DNA of 64,000 bases from Entomortierella parvispora E1425 (taxonomy: Eukaryota; Fungi; Mortierellomycota): the NCBI GenBank assembly GCA_020891255.1, contig BQFW01000001.1:744001-808000 (forward strand), given 5' to 3'. Positions 60,740 through 64,000 of this stretch are shown piece after piece. Below the pieces are notes generated by a model, which was given only the letters and a program-made list of their open reading frames with translations, had not been told where the DNA came from and ran no database searches. Both the position numbers and the translations under genes were made by a program. Each line of letters begins with the position of its first letter. Within the stretch, counting starts at the first letter, position 1.

Positions 60740-61173
60740 ATGGAAGGGACAGCCGTGCCCTCCGTTCCAGATCTGAAAGCAGCCAGAGAACACTGCTTGG
60801 GACCGACTTCGGCGCCTGCAAAGACTCTTTTGCGTTCTCATGTACTTGATACCGCGCTTGATCCACGACTGTTTGATCTGCTGCTAACGGATGTAGCAAA
60901 CGACGACGACCTCGAAAGCGTGCCAAGCCAGCAAATGTCCACTTCCTTGTCGACACTGACGCCCCTGTCACATATCTTTGCAGAAAAGCATTGAGGACTT
61001 TGGGCGCAAGGGCTGAATCAGATATCAAAAGGGACGGGCTCACCTGGGTGGTGACGGTCAACGGGGTCAGACCCGGGGTGATCTTGTCGTCATTGGAGAA
61101 ACATTTCCCTGATGTCAGCCTCCTTGGATCTGACTTCCTTCCTGGTAACAGCACGCTGCAGCTTTTTTTTTAG
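60740..61173 (+). pseudogene. Retropepsin-like aspartic protease gene remnant
   Basis: NVHFLVDTDAPVTYLC (DTG changed to DTD at 60952-60960) ... HFPDVSLLGSDFL; upstream HCLGPT..DPRLF lies in another frame (shift near 60895). Confidence 0.55.
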
Positions 61174-61463
61174 TAAGTTTATAAAAAAAAAAAGTGCTTA
61201 GTCAGCATGCACCGACCATGATGCCTAGAATGCACCAATTCCTGCGTGCAAAAGTGCGTTGATGAATGCAAACTAGGCACCGTTGAGCGCATGGATCCAT
61301 GCGACCCATGCATCAACTCAATGACCGAGTCGTTGGATCTATGAACTCATCGCATCACAGACTCACGTGGCCACTATCGTTGTTGATGGCCAGGACGGTA
61401 CGATACACCTTTAAGTAGAACCACTATATGTAGTTGCTCGCACGGCGTGGCCCTCTGCTCTTT

Positions 61464-61615
61464 ATCCGTCTTATTCCACATTGATCGATACTGACAGAGG
61501 CCAGCACGGTGACCCTTAGGTAGAGCAGCCCTCTCATTATTTATTATTACCAATACATGATCCGTCTTATTCCACATTGATCGATACTGACAGAGGCCAG
61601 CACGGCGACCCTTAG
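61464..61615. repeat. 56-bp direct repeat x2 separated by 40 bp
   Basis: atccgtcttattccacattgatcgatactgacagaggccagcacggYgacccttag at 61464-61519 and 61560-61615. Confidence 0.93.
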
Positions 61616-61740
61616 TCTGATTCTCACTCGTCACCTAGGATTGCCATATCCCGCACAGCGCCCCTCAAGCCTGCCCCCGTACGCAACATCGTGAGCGTCC
61701 AACCTTCGTGTCCTTCATGTTTCAGTCCTTTTTTTGAACG

Positions 61741-62030
61741 ATGACTCTTCTCGACCTTCATGAGATTCGCTCTCGCATCGCCATTTGCCTGGAGCCAAAG
61801 GCCTTGCGTCCTGTACGCGTGTGAGTCAGGAGTGGGACACTCCATTCTCATCATAGCTCTACATCTCTATCATTTTGTCGGAGAGAGGCCCCAGCAAGGA
61901 ATCAGTCAAGAATCCAGTTGCTTTCTAGCATCATGGCCAGCTCAGCTCTGACCATTTTGGATAATAAAAACACTTCTGCGAGACGTGCGGGGACTCAGGC
62001 GGTAGCTAAAGCCCTGAAAACCGATTTTCT
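61741..62030 (+). pseudogene. F-box + LRR paralogue 5 (heavily decayed)
   Basis: LDLHEIRSRIAICLEPK / shifted SCTRVSQEWDTPFSS*LY..LSERGPS...AGTQAVAKALKT. Confidence 0.75.
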
Positions 62031-63373
62031 CTAGCCCCTTCGATCGTGGCACAGAAAATGATAGGAGAGATCTTGAGACGAGGGCATTTACACCCTCAGA
62101 CATCGCGCCTTTGGCATTTCGTTTAAACGGAGCCAGGAGGCAGAGTGACTCCATAGAAACTGGCTCCATGGTTCGCTCACACCTGTGAACGTGTCCTTCA
62201 GGGGAATGGCTCTTTGCGTAACAAGAGACCTCCGAGGCTGATCTAACTTTTGGTGGCACTTTATTCACCGCAGAATTTTCTCTTCATTCAAGCTGTCCAA
62301 CTCTCTTACAGACTATCTCCATGAAGCCGATGAATCTGAACCCGCTCGGGGGTCGGAGGAGAATGTTTATTCCTTTGGGGAGGGTTTTCTTCTATATCTC
62401 AACGCAAAGTACTGGGCCTTGACGGACAGCTGTATCCTGAGCAACGCTTGGTCGAGGACGCTTCCCAACCGAACTGCAGCAATTCAGACTCGCGACTGCT
62501 CTCAACAGAGTGTCTGGGACAAACACAACAGGCCAAGGATGGCAACGTTGTAACCGAGCCTCAGTCGCCAGGTGAGTATGAAGGTGACAGTGGCAGTGAC
62601 CACACAACATGGTTGCAGAAAGAACAAAAAAACTGAAGAAAAAAAGAGCCCAGCGACAACATCAAATGCTCGCCATACTACTTTTTTCTACTCTTTCTCT
62701 TCTTCTTCCACTCCTTCATCATATTCCACTCCTTCTCCTTCCCCCCCTCCTTCTTTCGTCTCCCTTACTTTCACCACACGAACACTTTCCTCCCTTACCT
62801 CCTCAACACGACCATCTTTCACCCTTGACACCCCATCCTTAATAGATAGCCGTTCCAGTTCACCCATTTCATTCTAGTTTTCGTCAGATCAAAACCCTGA
62901 GTCGGCACAGGACCAGGACTCCGAGCCAGAGCCAGACCGAGCACAGTCACCACAGCAACCTGAACGAGCACCGGCCCCAAACCGAGACCTTGCTTCCTAT
63001 CTGTTCGGAGCTACACCCCCGGGAGAACACAGAAAAGCTACTACGGCCTTCCTCCGTCAACAGAGAGCACTAGAACGCGCCCTTGTTCAGGCAACCATCC
63101 CCGCAGCAGGCAGTGAAAGGGTGGCAATAGGATCCTTACTGGTAGAGCAAGCAACAGCCAACGCGATCACTGAGGTTCAGATTCGCCCACCCGCACCCGC
63201 ACCAAGACATATGTACTCGGATGGCTTAGGTCATATAGTCCCATTTCAATAAAAAAAAAAATAAAAAAAAAAAAAACTCCCTTGACCCCTCGTTTAGTTT
63301 CTCAACAAGCAACATTCCAATCTCGACCTTGTCCCCTCTGCTTATTGGACATGCCGGATTATTCCAAATTGCT

Positions 63374-63598
63374 GGCAAGAATCCCCTAGCTGCAGCACTG
63401 CAGTCAAAACCAATGAAATTGGCCGATCTCTGCACTCTGAACAAAGTTGTCCTGACGGACCTGGGTAACTCGAGGTTGCGACCATGGCGATCCCAAAAAT
63501 TAGAGGTAAACTAAAATTTCAGGCAGCTAATGCATTGAATCGAAAGTGCCGAAATCCATTGGTTTTGACTGCAGTGCTGCAGCAAAGGGATTCTTGCC
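63374..63598. repeat. 42-bp inverted repeat with ~141-nt loop
   Basis: ggcaagaatcccctagctgcagcactgcagtcaaaaccaatg (63374-63415) matches the reverse complement of 63557-63598 with about 2 mismatches. Confidence 0.88.
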
Positions 63599-64000
63599 GG
63601 TACTTCTTGAAAGAATGCTACTACTGCCAGTGCATCTTGAAAGGATGCTGCTACTGCCCATCTTGTAAGCCATAACACGTCTTTATGTTCTCGGCGATTT
63701 TAACAAAGGCAAAGAACGCACCTTCACTCAGAGCCATACGAGAGTGTACTCATTCTACTTTCTATCATCCCCTAGCCCTGTATTAGAATCCTACGTTTCT
63801 CGCTAGTCGTTGTCTTTTTGTCTCGTTTAGTCATCTATGTCCCTCTCTTGGTATTCATGGAGTCATTACCAAAAGCACCAGGTCATCCATTCCTCTTCCC
63901 TCACACTCCTCCCTTGACTTTGGTCTTCGTATTATTTTTCGTATGCTAGCTTCGTCTGGTACAACTTGATCTTGTATAAAAGGACGATAAAGTCCGAACG

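Noticed and set aside
61464-61615. Repeat-spacer-repeat resembling a mini CRISPR
   Set aside because: Only two copies, 56 bp is too long for a CRISPR repeat, and no cas genes are present.
52495-62030. Frameshifts as long-read homopolymer errors
   Set aside because: Housekeeping genes in the same window splice to intact frames, and most disabled copies have several independent lesions. Copy 3 (one CC/CCC site) still deserves a read check.
62570-63230. Possible gag-like/5' region of an LTR element with a PBS-like TGGTTGCAG at ~62609
   Set aside because: No LTR boundary, no matching tRNA end and no gag motif could be supported; the ORFs are explained by compositional bias.

Overview
Intron-containing eukaryotic DNA (GT-AG introns, CTRAY branch sites, tRNA without encoded CCA). 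Gene content and lineage-typical families suggest an early-diverging fungus, most likely Mortierellaceae (inferred, not a database result). Housekeeping genes with intact spliced frames are CSM3/SWI3, PEX14, RPN3, PIG-S, an O-fucosyltransferase, MAP1, a thioredoxin-like protein, TTC39/IML2, FUN14, an AAA-lid protein and tRNA-Ile(AAT). The window opens with a ~1980+ aa NLR-like ARM-NACHT-pentapeptide-WD40 gene that runs off the left edge and is missing from the ORF track. There are two accessory zones. (1) About 28-39 kb: a dead Crypton/Ndc10-like tyrosine-recombinase element, a Kex2-type Cys-peptide gene whose 3' end crosses a 120-bp repeat array resembling intron + 3-nt micro-exon units, a head-to-head pair of foldback-like elements, a chromovirus 3' end with PPT and LTR, and a polyA-tailed LINE-like fragment. 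(2) About 47-64 kb: an array of F-box/RI-type LRR paralogues (1 intact, 4 disabled), with a stand-alone secreted thyroglobulin type-1 (thyropin-like) gene embedded in it, plus a retropepsin-like remnant and another small Cys-rich secreted protein. The top candidates for novelty are the fungal thyropin-like gene and the intron/micro-exon array.
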